This document shows positions 49,852 to 57,906 of a DNA stretch of 57,906 nt, piece by piece. Position numbers and translations under genes: made by a program. Each line of letters starts with the position of its first letter. The first letter of the stretch is position 1. Source of the stretch: Verrucomicrobiia bacterium Tous-C2TDCM (GTDB lineage Bacteria; Verrucomicrobiota; Verrucomicrobiia; Verrucomicrobiales; DEV007); contig NEUQ01000001.1 in NCBI GenBank assembly GCA_002288445.1, positions 1 to 57,906 of the forward strand, read 5' to 3'. The notes beneath the pieces are model-generated. The model had not been told where the DNA came from, ran no database searches, and saw nothing but the letters and a program-made list of their open reading frames with translations.

Positions 49852-51696
49852 TCAGGCCTTCCAAGCCTGCACTCCGGTGATCCGGTAGCGCTCGGTGCCG
49901 CCTGTTCCCAGAGGAAACTCGACTTCGTCGCCGATCTTTTTGTCGAGAATGGCGAGGCCGCGTTCGGAGAGGTAGGCGATGATACCGTTGTCGGGATCGG
50001 AATCCCAAGCCCCGAGCACGGTGTAGGAAAGGGGGGAACCGTCAGTCACGGGCTCGAGCGTGACGATCGTTCCGATGGAAACTTTCGAGGTATCGGGATT
50101 TGCGAAATCAGTGGGCTGAGCCAGCTTGAGATCGCGTTCCCAGTCCCCTTGGCGCTTCATGAGGACGCGCTGGTATTCTTTCGCGGACTTGTATTCGAAG
50201 TTTTCGCGAAGGTCGCCGTAGGAGCGGGCGATCTTGATATCCTCGCGGTTCTGCGGGATCTCTTCCTTGATGAGACGGTCGTAGGCGGCCTTTTTCTCGG
50301 TGTAGCTCGCCTCGGAGACGATGAGAGTCTCCTCCTGCTCCTTCTCCCGACCGCTCATGAGATCCTGGATCTCTGGATGCAGCTTGATGATCCGCGCCAT
50401 GAGCGACTTCCGGGTGAGCTCGTCGAACGAGGCAGAACCGACGAGGCGTCCTGCGAAGTTCCGGATCGTGTTGATGTTCGCGTTGTTGATGAAGTCCGGG
50501 ATGAGGCCGGAGTCGTCCGCGACGAGGTCGCGGAGTCGGTTGGCGGAGCGCACGGATCCTTCCTCGTTGAGCTGGTCTGCTTCGAGCGAGCTCATCACCG
50601 AAAGACAGAGCGTTGGGGTGAAGACCGACGCGGCGAGAGCCTTGCGCTCGCGGCAGATCCAGGCGAGGGCGTCAGAGGTGATGGTGCGCTGTTGGAGACC
50701 GTTCTCCATGTAGGCGATGAGGGCGTCTTTCTTCTCGGCGGCATCGAGGCAGCTCGCGATCTCGGCGATGGAGCGGAGGTTGCAGGCCGGGATGAGCCCG
50801 AGCATCTTCTCAACCCAGTCGGCTTCGCCAAACGCATCGGGAAAGCTCTTGAGGGCCTGGCGCAGGCGGGTGAGGGAAAGCTCCTCGAAAAGGCCTGGAA
50901 TGGCGCTCTCGTCGGCGGCCAGAATTTCAGCGGTGGAGATCTGACCGTTGTCGGAGTCGAAGCCCTTGATCTTGGTCTGGAGTTCCTCGCGGATGAGGAT
51001 GAGCTCGACGGCGGGAGCGTATTGCAGTTTCACCCCCTTGCGCGCGATCTCGCTGATCTCGGCTACGAGTTCAATGAGGTTGTCCTGATGATCCTTGAAG
51101 GCGTTGATCTCTTTGATGATGGCCTCGACGGCTTTTACCTTGGCTCGCAGGTCGCGGGCGGCGCGGAACTGCTCGATGAGGCCCTGCGAGGGATCGAAGT
51201 CTTCCTCGCGCAACTCGAGTGGATCGGTGCGCTTGGCCGGCACGATGAACTGCATGTTCTCGCGCAGCTTTTTCTTGGTCGATTCCCACCAGCTCTTGTA
51301 TTTGCCTTCGGGGATGACGTAGCCCTTCAGCATTTCCTCAAGCTGGTCGAGGGAGAGGCGGTCGCCGCTGCTGCTGAGGGCCAGCTTCACGAGGGCGACC
51401 GGATCGTTGTTGGCGAGCGCCTTCAGTTCATCGGCGGCGGTGAAGCGTTTCCCGAGAAAAGAGTCTTCGGAAATTGGAGTGAGGGACATGGCTGCGAACT
51501 TCATGCCGAGCTCGTGGCCCTGCTTGGCCTCGAAATCGACGATGACCTTCACCCCGAGCCGATCCCAATCCGCGACCTTGCCGACCCCCCAGCTCTTGTG
51601 GTGGCAAAAGGTTCCGGGAGGGAGGAGTTCAAGTTGCTGGGCCGTGGCCCGGTCAATTTTTTCGCGCTGGACCAGCTTTTCGAGATCGGGATGCAT
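49852..51696 (-). CDS. greA: Long-form GreA/GreB-family transcription elongation factor
   Basis: C-terminal ARSYGDLRENFEYKSAKE, VSIGT and ISYLS-like motifs, fused to a ~450-aa N-terminal region as in PVC bacteria and spirochaetes. Confidence 0.85.
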   Translation of the reverse strand: MHPDLEKLVQREKIDRATAQQLELLPPGTFCHHKSWGVGKVADWDRLGVKVIVDFEAKQGHELGMKFAAMSLTPISEDSFLGKRFTAADELKALANNDPVALVKLALSSSGDRLSLDQLEEMLKGYVIPEGKYKSWWESTKKKLRENMQFIVPAKRTDPLELREEDFDPSQGLIEQFRAARDLRAKVKAVEAIIKEINAFKDHQDNLIELVAEISEIARKGVKLQYAPAVELILIREELQTKIKGFDSDNGQISTAEILAADESAIPGLFEELSLTRLRQALKSFPDAFGEADWVEKMLGLIPACNLRSIAEIASCLDAAEKKDALIAYMENGLQQRTITSDALAWICRERKALAASVFTPTLCLSVMSSLEADQLNEEGSVRSANRLRDLVADDSGLIPDFINNANINTIRNFAGRLVGSASFDELTRKSLMARIIKLHPEIQDLMSGREKEQEETLIVSEASYTEKKAAYDRLIKEEIPQNREDIKIARSYGDLRENFEYKSAKEYQRVLMKRQGDWERDLKLAQPTDFANPDTSKVSIGTIVTLEPVTDGSPLSYTVLGAWDSDPDNGIIAYLSERGLAILDKKIGDEVEFPLGTGGTERYRITGVQAWKA

Positions 51697-51749
51697 TGTC
51701 TCTCAACATAGAAAGAAGGAGGCTCACGCCAAGCGAAAAAAAAATTTGG

Positions 51750-51778
51750 TTGCCAATAATCTGCCGCCTGTCTAATCT
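51750..51778 (+). promoter_or_regulatory. Sigma-70-like promoter
   Basis: TTGCCA, 17 bp, TAATCT, preceded by an A-tract, 12 bp upstream of the ATG at 51791. Confidence 0.6.
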
Positions 51779-51790
51779 TCGACCCCAGAT

Positions 51791-52207
51791 ATGAGAATCC
51801 TTTTGGCAGCCCTTTTGCTTTTCGGCGTTGTTTCCGCTTCCATCGCCGACATCCACGAACCCCCCAAAGCCCGTTACACCAAGACGCGCAAGCTGGGTCG
51901 TGGCATTTCCAACATCGTCTACGGATGGACCGAGGTGCCGATGACGATGGAACGCTGGCGCGAGCTTCACACCGAGCAGTCGGTTGGAATCGTGACGGCC
52001 GGCTTCTTTCAGGGGGTCCAACGCGCTGGTGCCCGTCTCAAATACGGTTTCTATGAGGTGATTAACTTTCAGCGCCCCCTCTACAAGGACAGCTACCGCC
52101 CCGCGATGCCCGGCATGAACTACCTCCCGACCCATGGTTACGAGGAGTTCCCGCCCCAGATTGGCTTCCTGACCACAACGGGCTACACCCGCGGGGGCAG
52201 CTGGTGA
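51791..52207 (+). CDS. Exosortase-system-associated protein, TIGR04073-like
   Basis: Signal peptide and the RKLGRGISNIVYGWTEVP motif. Confidence 0.75.
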   Translation: MRILLAALLLFGVVSASIADIHEPPKARYTKTRKLGRGISNIVYGWTEVPMTMERWRELHTEQSVGIVTAGFFQGVQRAGARLKYGFYEVINFQRPLYKDSYRPAMPGMNYLPTHGYEEFPPQIGFLTTTGYTRGGSW

Positions 52208-52245
52208 TTTCGGCCGCACCAGCCCTCACGAAACCTCCTTCACGG

Positions 52246-52274
52246 AAAGGCCGCCCACGGGCGGCCTTTTTTTT
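52246..52274 (+). terminator. Intrinsic terminator
   Basis: AAAGGCCGCC-CACG-GGCGGCC followed by T8. Confidence 0.9.
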
Positions 52275-52298
52275 ATGGCCGAGAAGAGGGCGCCTCCC

Positions 52299-53438
52299 TC
52301 ATCCGCGATAGGTCTCGAGGAAGCGACGATAGAAATCGCATCCCGCCTCGAGATCGGCAACGGCCAGGAATTCGTCCTTGGTGTGGGCTTGGGCTATGCT
52401 CCCGGGGCCGCAGGCCACTGAGGCGATCCCGCCCTCGGCGAGATGACCGGCATCGCAATACCAAGGGGCCGTGGTGAGCCGCGACCCGATCGAAAGAAGT
52501 CGTTGCACACCGTCCGTTGCGGGATCGGTAAGGAGCGGTTTGGAATGGCCCGGCGAGTCGACGGCGACGAGGTCGCTCCAGCCGCGATCTTCGAGGAAGT
52601 CACGGATCAGCTTCGCGCTGCCGCCCGCTTCGTAAAGTCGGGGAGTCTCGCGAATGTCGAGAAAGGCCTCGCACGCGGAAGGCACGATGTTGGGGCTGCT
52701 GCCTCCGTTGAGGGTCCCAAGGTTGACCGTGGGGCAACCCAGAACGGGATCGGCGAACCCCGGCAGCGTTTCCTCGAGATGGAGGAGGAGGGCATCGAGC
52801 ACCAGAAGGAGCTTGCGGATCGCATTTTCGCCTCGCTCGGGGGTCGAACCATGGCAGGAAACTCCTTTGGCCGAGAGACGATGCCAAAGGCAGCTCTTGT
52901 GGGCGTGGACGACCTCGAGCGAGGTCGGTTCGCCAACGATGGCGAAGGAAAACTCGTCGGCGTGGTGTCGGGCAAAATGGATCGATCCCGGCTGGCCCGC
53001 CTCTTCGCCCATCAAGCCAACGAATGCCACCCGGGCGTGGAGTGCCGAGAGATCGTCCTGCATTTGGTGAAGGGCCCAAAGCATTGCTGCCATTGTGCCC
53101 TTGGTGTCGGAGGCCCCGCGACCATGAATCCGCCCCCCCGAGACCTCGCCGGAGAAAGGTTCGATCGTCATTCCCGCGACGCTCACGGTGTCGAGGTGGG
53201 GCGCGAAAAGGATACCGGGATCCGTCTCGTCCCCGGGAAATCGACCGATCACATTTGGTCGACCGGGGAGGACTTCTTCGAAAGTGACCTCTGCTCCGAG
53301 ACTTTCGAGCAGCTCCCCCACGCGCTCGGCGCAATCGGCCTCACCCGTGGCCCCCTGACCTGCCGCGCTATCTGGATTGACGCTCGGGATGCGGATCAGC
53401 TGACTCAGGAGGTCGATGGGCGAATCGGGAAACTTCAT
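52299..53438 (-). CDS. M20-family ArgE/DapE-like deacylase
   Basis: HLDTV, GRGASDTKG, GEE, VGEPT, GPGSIAQAH. Confidence 0.9.
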   Translation of the reverse strand: MKFPDSPIDLLSQLIRIPSVNPDSAAGQGATGEADCAERVGELLESLGAEVTFEEVLPGRPNVIGRFPGDETDPGILFAPHLDTVSVAGMTIEPFSGEVSGGRIHGRGASDTKGTMAAMLWALHQMQDDLSALHARVAFVGLMGEEAGQPGSIHFARHHADEFSFAIVGEPTSLEVVHAHKSCLWHRLSAKGVSCHGSTPERGENAIRKLLLVLDALLLHLEETLPGFADPVLGCPTVNLGTLNGGSSPNIVPSACEAFLDIRETPRLYEAGGSAKLIRDFLEDRGWSDLVAVDSPGHSKPLLTDPATDGVQRLLSIGSRLTTAPWYCDAGHLAEGGIASVACGPGSIAQAHTKDEFLAVADLEAGCDFYRRFLETYRG

Positions 53439-53584
53439 TGTCGTCAGAGCATCGGTGGGGGTCTGGAAAACAAAATCGCGAAAAAGCTGGATTCCCCGGT
53501 CGGTTTTGATTAAGCGTTTGACATTGGGCGCCTCCCGAGTCCTTAATCCTTCCCGGAACTTTTTAAAAGTTATTCTTTCGTTGT

Positions 53585-54406
53585 ATGAGTGATCAAGAAC
53601 CCAAGCCGTCTGTCAGCACCTCCACGGTGCCCCTCAAGAAGGAGACGGTCCGTATCAGTCTGCGGGCTCAAGCTGAAGATTCCGGCCCGGTGGCCCCGAA
53701 GGGCGTTACGGCACCGATTTCGATTGCAATTCCAATAGTTCCAACGGCTCCAACAGGCAGTATTCCGGCTCCGGCTTCACCGCCCCTCCCTGCCCCTCCC
53801 CGTCCTCCCGCCGCGCCCTCTCTCCCGACGCCTGTTGGCGTGGCCGCCCCGCCCGCTCCGCCGAGGCCGTCAGCTCCCACTCCTCCGGGGATTCCCGCCG
53901 CGCCGGCCGCGCCGGGATCGATCCCTATTGCACCGCCTTCGCCCCCCGGCGCCAAAACCATCCCTTTGGCCAAGGGCCCGGATCCGCTCGGTCCCACTCG
54001 TCCCGTCCCCACGGCACCGGCCGGAATTCCCGCTGCTCCCGTATCAGCCCTCCCGGTGGCCGCTTCCCCGGTTGGCGCCAAGACGATTCCCTTGGCCAAA
54101 GCTCCCGGTAGTGCGGGCCCCGGCCCGGTCGGTAAGGTGACCACCCCTCTTCAGCCTAGCGGAGCCAAACCTCTTCCGCAAGCCACCGTCAAAATGGGCC
54201 AAACCCAGCCCATGGGCACGCCCGGTGCGCCGACGAAATCCATCCCCAAATCTCCCAACGTTCAACCCACGGCCGAGGAGGTCGAGGAAGAGTGGGAAGA
54301 AGAATACGAAGAATCCGGACTCATGCCCTTCGCCATCATCGTCCTCATCCTTGCCCTTGCCGTGCTGGCCATCGAGCTGGTTACGAAAATGGGTGCTGGG
54401 AGCTGA
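53585..54406 (+). CDS. Pro-rich disordered protein with acidic patch and C-terminal membrane anchor
   Basis: KKETVRISL, two copies of GAKTIPLAK, EEVEEEWEEEYEE and a TM segment. A perfect TTGACA lies upstream at 53518. Confidence 0.8.
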   Translation: MSDQEPKPSVSTSTVPLKKETVRISLRAQAEDSGPVAPKGVTAPISIAIPIVPTAPTGSIPAPASPPLPAPPRPPAAPSLPTPVGVAAPPAPPRPSAPTPPGIPAAPAAPGSIPIAPPSPPGAKTIPLAKGPDPLGPTRPVPTAPAGIPAAPVSALPVAASPVGAKTIPLAKAPGSAGPGPVGKVTTPLQPSGAKPLPQATVKMGQTQPMGTPGAPTKSIPKSPNVQPTAEEVEEEWEEEYEESGLMPFAIIVLILALAVLAIELVTKMGAGS

Positions 54407-54588
54407 GATCTCCGAGGTTTCCCCTCTTCCGCGAAACTTCCGGGGTTACCGCTCCGGTCGTTTTTGCTCGTCTTGGCATTTCCTTCACCTTGAAATGGGT
54501 GAAAGGTGAAATACCCTGTTCCTCTCCTTACCTAGAGGATATCGCCGGGCAAGTTCATTTATCAATCTGTCAACCCGCCCCTTCCCCT

Positions 54589-54918
54589 ATGGCCCATCCC
54601 TCCATCGTCCACCTCACCGGTGAAAATTTCGCCACTGAAGCCGAGCAGTCGAGCGTCCCCGTCGTGATTGATTTCTGGTCAGAGCATTGTGGTCCTTGCA
54701 AGATGCTCTCGCCCGTTCTCGACGAGGTCGCAGCGGAGTTGGGCGATCAAGCCAAGGTGACCAAGGTCGACGTGATGGCAAACCGCGACCTCGCGATGAA
54801 GTTCGGAATCCGCGCGGTGCCCACCCTCATTTTCATGAAAGGCGGCGAGGTCAAGGAGACCAAGACCGGGATCATGATGAAGGACGCAATCATCCAAAAG
54901 CTGACCTCGCTCGCCTGA
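54589..54918 (+). CDS. trxA: Thioredoxin
   Basis: VVIDFWSEHCGPCK and IRAVPTL; 109 aa. Confidence 0.88.
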   Translation: MAHPSIVHLTGENFATEAEQSSVPVVIDFWSEHCGPCKMLSPVLDEVAAELGDQAKVTKVDVMANRDLAMKFGIRAVPTLIFMKGGEVKETKTGIMMKDAIIQKLTSLA

Positions 54919-54943
54919 GTGTCGTTTACCGGAACTCCTCCCC

Positions 54944-55543
54944 GTGACTTCTCCCCGATCAGAGCAGGCAGACAGGCCCTCCTTTGTTTGGATTCTTTTC
55001 CTGCTTCTTCTCGGGGCCGGTTATCGTCTTGCCGTGCCGGTCTTTGAACTGCCGTGGAATTCGGCGCCGCTCATGGCGATGGCCTTCGGCGGCTCGATGT
55101 TGCTCGGAGTGCGTTTCTGGTGGTTGCCGGTGGCGGTGTTGCTGACCGGCGATCTCCTGCTTGGACTCCGGAATCCGTCCGAAGGCGTCGCGGGATATAC
55201 CCTGGTTTCGGCCCTCGTCTACGGGCTGGTTGCTTTCATCGGGGCTCGCGCGGCCCGTTCGTTGAAGATCTGGCCGATGATGTGGTGCGGCACGCTCCTG
55301 TGCAGCGTGCTCTTCTATGGAGTGGGAAACACCTACACATGGATGGCTTGGCCCGGTTATGAGAAGACGCTAGCCGGTTGGTGGCAGAGCCAGACCATCG
55401 GTCTTCCCGAGTATGCGCCGCAGGCCTGGGTCTTCCTGAAGAATTCCCTCATCGCCGATACGATCTGGTGTGCACTCGCCGGTGTCGTTTATGCGCTCTT
55501 CCGTCGTCCGCTTGCCGCTCCCGCCGCGGAGCCGGCGCGCTGA
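54944..55543 (+). CDS. DUF6580-like putative transporter (S-component-like membrane protein)
   Basis: Several TM segments with NSAPLMAMAFGG, VLFYGVGN and GYEKTLAG. Confidence 0.65.
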   Translation: MTSPRSEQADRPSFVWILFLLLLGAGYRLAVPVFELPWNSAPLMAMAFGGSMLLGVRFWWLPVAVLLTGDLLLGLRNPSEGVAGYTLVSALVYGLVAFIGARAARSLKIWPMMWCGTLLCSVLFYGVGNTYTWMAWPGYEKTLAGWWQSQTIGLPEYAPQAWVFLKNSLIADTIWCALAGVVYALFRRPLAAPAAEPAR

Positions 55544-55606
55544 GGAAATCGTGCTCAAAACGTCGACGCGTCCTTTACGAGGATCTTCCTCGATTTACAG
55601 TCGGGT

Positions 55607-57724
55607 ATGTCTGAACCGGCTCATCCCTTCCTCGAACACGATTTTCACCTGCGCTGGTCGCGTCTCGTTCCCGAGGCGATCGAACCCGACATCCGCGAGG
55701 CGCTGGGCCGCGCCCAGAAGGGCATTGACGCCCTCTCGGGTGACTTCGATCCGTCGGCGCTGACCTTTGAGAACACCCTCCTCGAACTCGAGCGTGCCAC
55801 CGAGGATCTCTCGATGGCCTGGGGCCGGGTCGGGCATCTCGATTCCGTGCGCAACAGCGAGGCCCTGCGGGCCGCCCACAACGCGGTGCTGCCCGATGTG
55901 ACCCAGTTCTATTCCCGCATCCCGCTGAACGATGGATTGTGGAAGCGGATCAAGGCCTACGCCGATTCGCAGGACGCGGCGACCCTGACAGGCGTACAAA
56001 AACGTTTCCTCGAAGAAACGGTGCGCGACTTCATCAGCAGCGGAGCCGATCTGCCCGAGGCTGAGAAACAACGGCTCGAAGAGGTGCAGTCCGAACTCGC
56101 CCGCATCACCCAGAAGTTCTCCGAAAACGTCCTCGACTCCACCAATGCCTGGGAACTCGTCCTCGAAGACGACTCGCGCCTCGGCGGACTCCCGGAGACG
56201 GCCCGTGGTGTTCTGCGTGCCGAAGCGGCCGCGAAAGGTCTCGGCAAGGACGAAGCGCCCGTCTACCGGATCACCCTCAAGGCCCCCGTCTATTTCCCGG
56301 TGCTCGAATACGCCGACGACGCGAGCCTGCGCGAGCAGGTCTGGCGCGGCAGCGTCACCGTGGGGCATTCGGGCGAATACGACAACAGCCGCCTCATCTG
56401 GGAGATCCTCGCCCTGCGCCACGAGCGCGCCGAACTCCTCGGTCACGCCCACTTCGCCGATCAGGTCCTCGAGGAACGCATGGCCGGCAGCGGGGAAGCC
56501 GCGCTGAAATTCGTCGAAGATCTCGCAGCCCGCACCAAACCCTACTTCGCCCGCGACATCGACGAGCTGACAAGCTTCCGCCGCCGTCACGAGCCTGACT
56601 GGGATGGCCTCTTCCAGCCTTGGGACGTGGCCTATTGGTCGGAAAAACTGCGCAAAGAGAACTACGATTTCGACGAGGAGGAAGTGCGTCCCTACTTCGC
56701 GATCGGCGAGGTCATCGAGGGCATGTTCCGCCTCACCGAGCAGGTCTTCGGGTTCAAGATCACCGAGCGTCAGACCGCCTACGCCAAGCCCGGTGAGAAG
56801 CCGGAGGGCGACGGAGTCGAGGTCTGGCATCCCGAGGTGCGCTTCTACGACCTGCACGATGCCCGCAGCGGCGACTTGCTCGGCTCGTTCTATGCCGACT
56901 GGCATCCGCGCGAGGAAAAACGCGGCGGCGCGTGGATGAACTACCTCCGCACCGGGCTCCCGCCCGTCGAGGAAAAACCGCGCGAGCCGCACCTCGGCCT
57001 CATCTGTGGCAACCTCACTCCCTCGTCGAAGGACAAACCGGCCCTCCTCACCCATCGTGAGGTCGAGACCGTTTTCCACGAGTTCGGGCACCTCCTCCAC
57101 CACCTTCTCGGCGAGGTCGAGATCAAGTCGCTCAACGGCGTCAAGGTCGTGTGGGATTTCGTCGAGCTGCCCTCGCAGATCATGGAGAACTTCTGCTGGT
57201 CGCGTGTTAGCCTCGATTTCTTCGCGAAGCATTACGAGACCGGCGAGCCCATTCCCGAAAGCCTCTTCCAGAAAATGCTCGGGGCCCGCAACTTCCAGTC
57301 GGCGATGGCCCAGATGCGGCAGCTCGCCTTCGGCAAGATGGATCTCGACCTCCACATCAGGCACTATCAAAAGCCCGAAGACGGCGATCTCGACCGCGTC
57401 GTGCGCGAGATCCTCGACGGTTACCTGATGAACCTCGCGATCCATCCCCCGACGATGGCGCGGCGCTTCACCCACCTCTTCGCCAGCGCGACGGGTTACG
57501 CGGCGGGCTACTACTCCTACAAGTGGGCCGAGGTCCTCGATGCCGACGCGTTCACCCGCTTCGCCGGAGCCGGGGTCATCAGTCCTGAAGTCGGACGCGA
57601 ATTCCGCGACAAGATCCTCAGTCGCGGCAACTCCGCCCAAGCAGCCGAGCTGTTCCGCGACTTCATGGGCCGCGATCCCGAGCTCAACGCCCTGCTCGAG
57701 CGGAACGGAATGGCGGTGGGGTGA
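55607..57724 (+). CDS. prlC: Oligopeptidase A (M3A family)
   Basis: KRGGAWM, FHEFGHLLH, WDFVELPSQ, YAAGYYSYKWAEVL. Confidence 0.93.
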   Translation: MSEPAHPFLEHDFHLRWSRLVPEAIEPDIREALGRAQKGIDALSGDFDPSALTFENTLLELERATEDLSMAWGRVGHLDSVRNSEALRAAHNAVLPDVTQFYSRIPLNDGLWKRIKAYADSQDAATLTGVQKRFLEETVRDFISSGADLPEAEKQRLEEVQSELARITQKFSENVLDSTNAWELVLEDDSRLGGLPETARGVLRAEAAAKGLGKDEAPVYRITLKAPVYFPVLEYADDASLREQVWRGSVTVGHSGEYDNSRLIWEILALRHERAELLGHAHFADQVLEERMAGSGEAALKFVEDLAARTKPYFARDIDELTSFRRRHEPDWDGLFQPWDVAYWSEKLRKENYDFDEEEVRPYFAIGEVIEGMFRLTEQVFGFKITERQTAYAKPGEKPEGDGVEVWHPEVRFYDLHDARSGDLLGSFYADWHPREEKRGGAWMNYLRTGLPPVEEKPREPHLGLICGNLTPSSKDKPALLTHREVETVFHEFGHLLHHLLGEVEIKSLNGVKVVWDFVELPSQIMENFCWSRVSLDFFAKHYETGEPIPESLFQKMLGARNFQSAMAQMRQLAFGKMDLDLHIRHYQKPEDGDLDRVVREILDGYLMNLAIHPPTMARRFTHLFASATGYAAGYYSYKWAEVLDADAFTRFAGAGVISPEVGREFRDKILSRGNSAQAAELFRDFMGRDPELNALLERNGMAVG

Positions 57725-57784
57725 GCGGGCTGGGCCACAAGAGTTGAACCGCCTGAATCTCCGCGCCAAGTGCCGGAGTAGCCA

Positions 57785-57904
57785 TCACCCCTTCTCGCCG
57801 CGAATCGTGAGATTCCGGACTTGCACTACCTTGCCCGCAGCCAGCCAACTGCGTGCTTTCGCCGTGCCGAGAAACGGATGCTGCGCTTTCAGTTCGTGGC
57901 CATC
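57785..57904 (-). CDS. Possible C-terminal end of a gene entering from beyond the window
   Basis: Open frame DGHELKAQHPFLG...RGEKG* converging on prlC; no motif recognised. Confidence 0.3.
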   Translation of the reverse strand, partial: DGHELKAQHPFLGTAKARSWLAAGKVVQVRNLTIRGEKG

Positions 57905-57906
57905 CA

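Noticed and set aside
1-57906. tRNA, rRNA, prophage or recognised defence-system genes
   Set aside because: No cloverleaf, rRNA-like stretch, phage structural gene or defence operon was recognised. The SNF2 and CPBP genes sit in housekeeping context.

Overview
This ~65% GC bacterial window most likely comes from Verrucomicrobia. That is an inference from the long GreA, a TIGR04073-like protein, a ~340-aa Y1 transposase and a TGTTC-N4-GAACA box. Most of it is housekeeping and secreted-enzyme genes: valS end, SNF2/SWIM helicase, tkt, accD, comF-like, amt, two sulfatases, upp, a domain-inverted photolyase, hisG, lgt, prc, rnr, a P-type ATPase, a BtuB-like receptor, Hsp33, GreA, trxA and prlC. 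An accessory islet at ~25.1-30.9 kb holds a glutamine-synthetase-family gene fragment, two PepSY-like paralogs with a two-component system, a marR pseudogene and a Y1/HUH (RAYT-like) transposase. Two candidates for an undescribed system stand out. (1) The Y1 gene has a near-consensus leaderless promoter with a perfect Verrucomicrobia-type LexA box in its spacer. It is bracketed by inverted arrays of a 14-bp motif, each containing a 27-bp-spaced pair, and the left array cuts marR, which suggests an SOS-inducible rearrangement system. (2) A SAM-I/IV-type riboswitch precedes an uncharacterised 83-aa protein that resembles integrase arm-type DNA-binding domains. A 34-aa bS22/COX24-like gene missing from the ORF track was also found. 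No tRNA, rRNA or CRISPR was seen. All calls come from reading motifs by eye; no searches were run.
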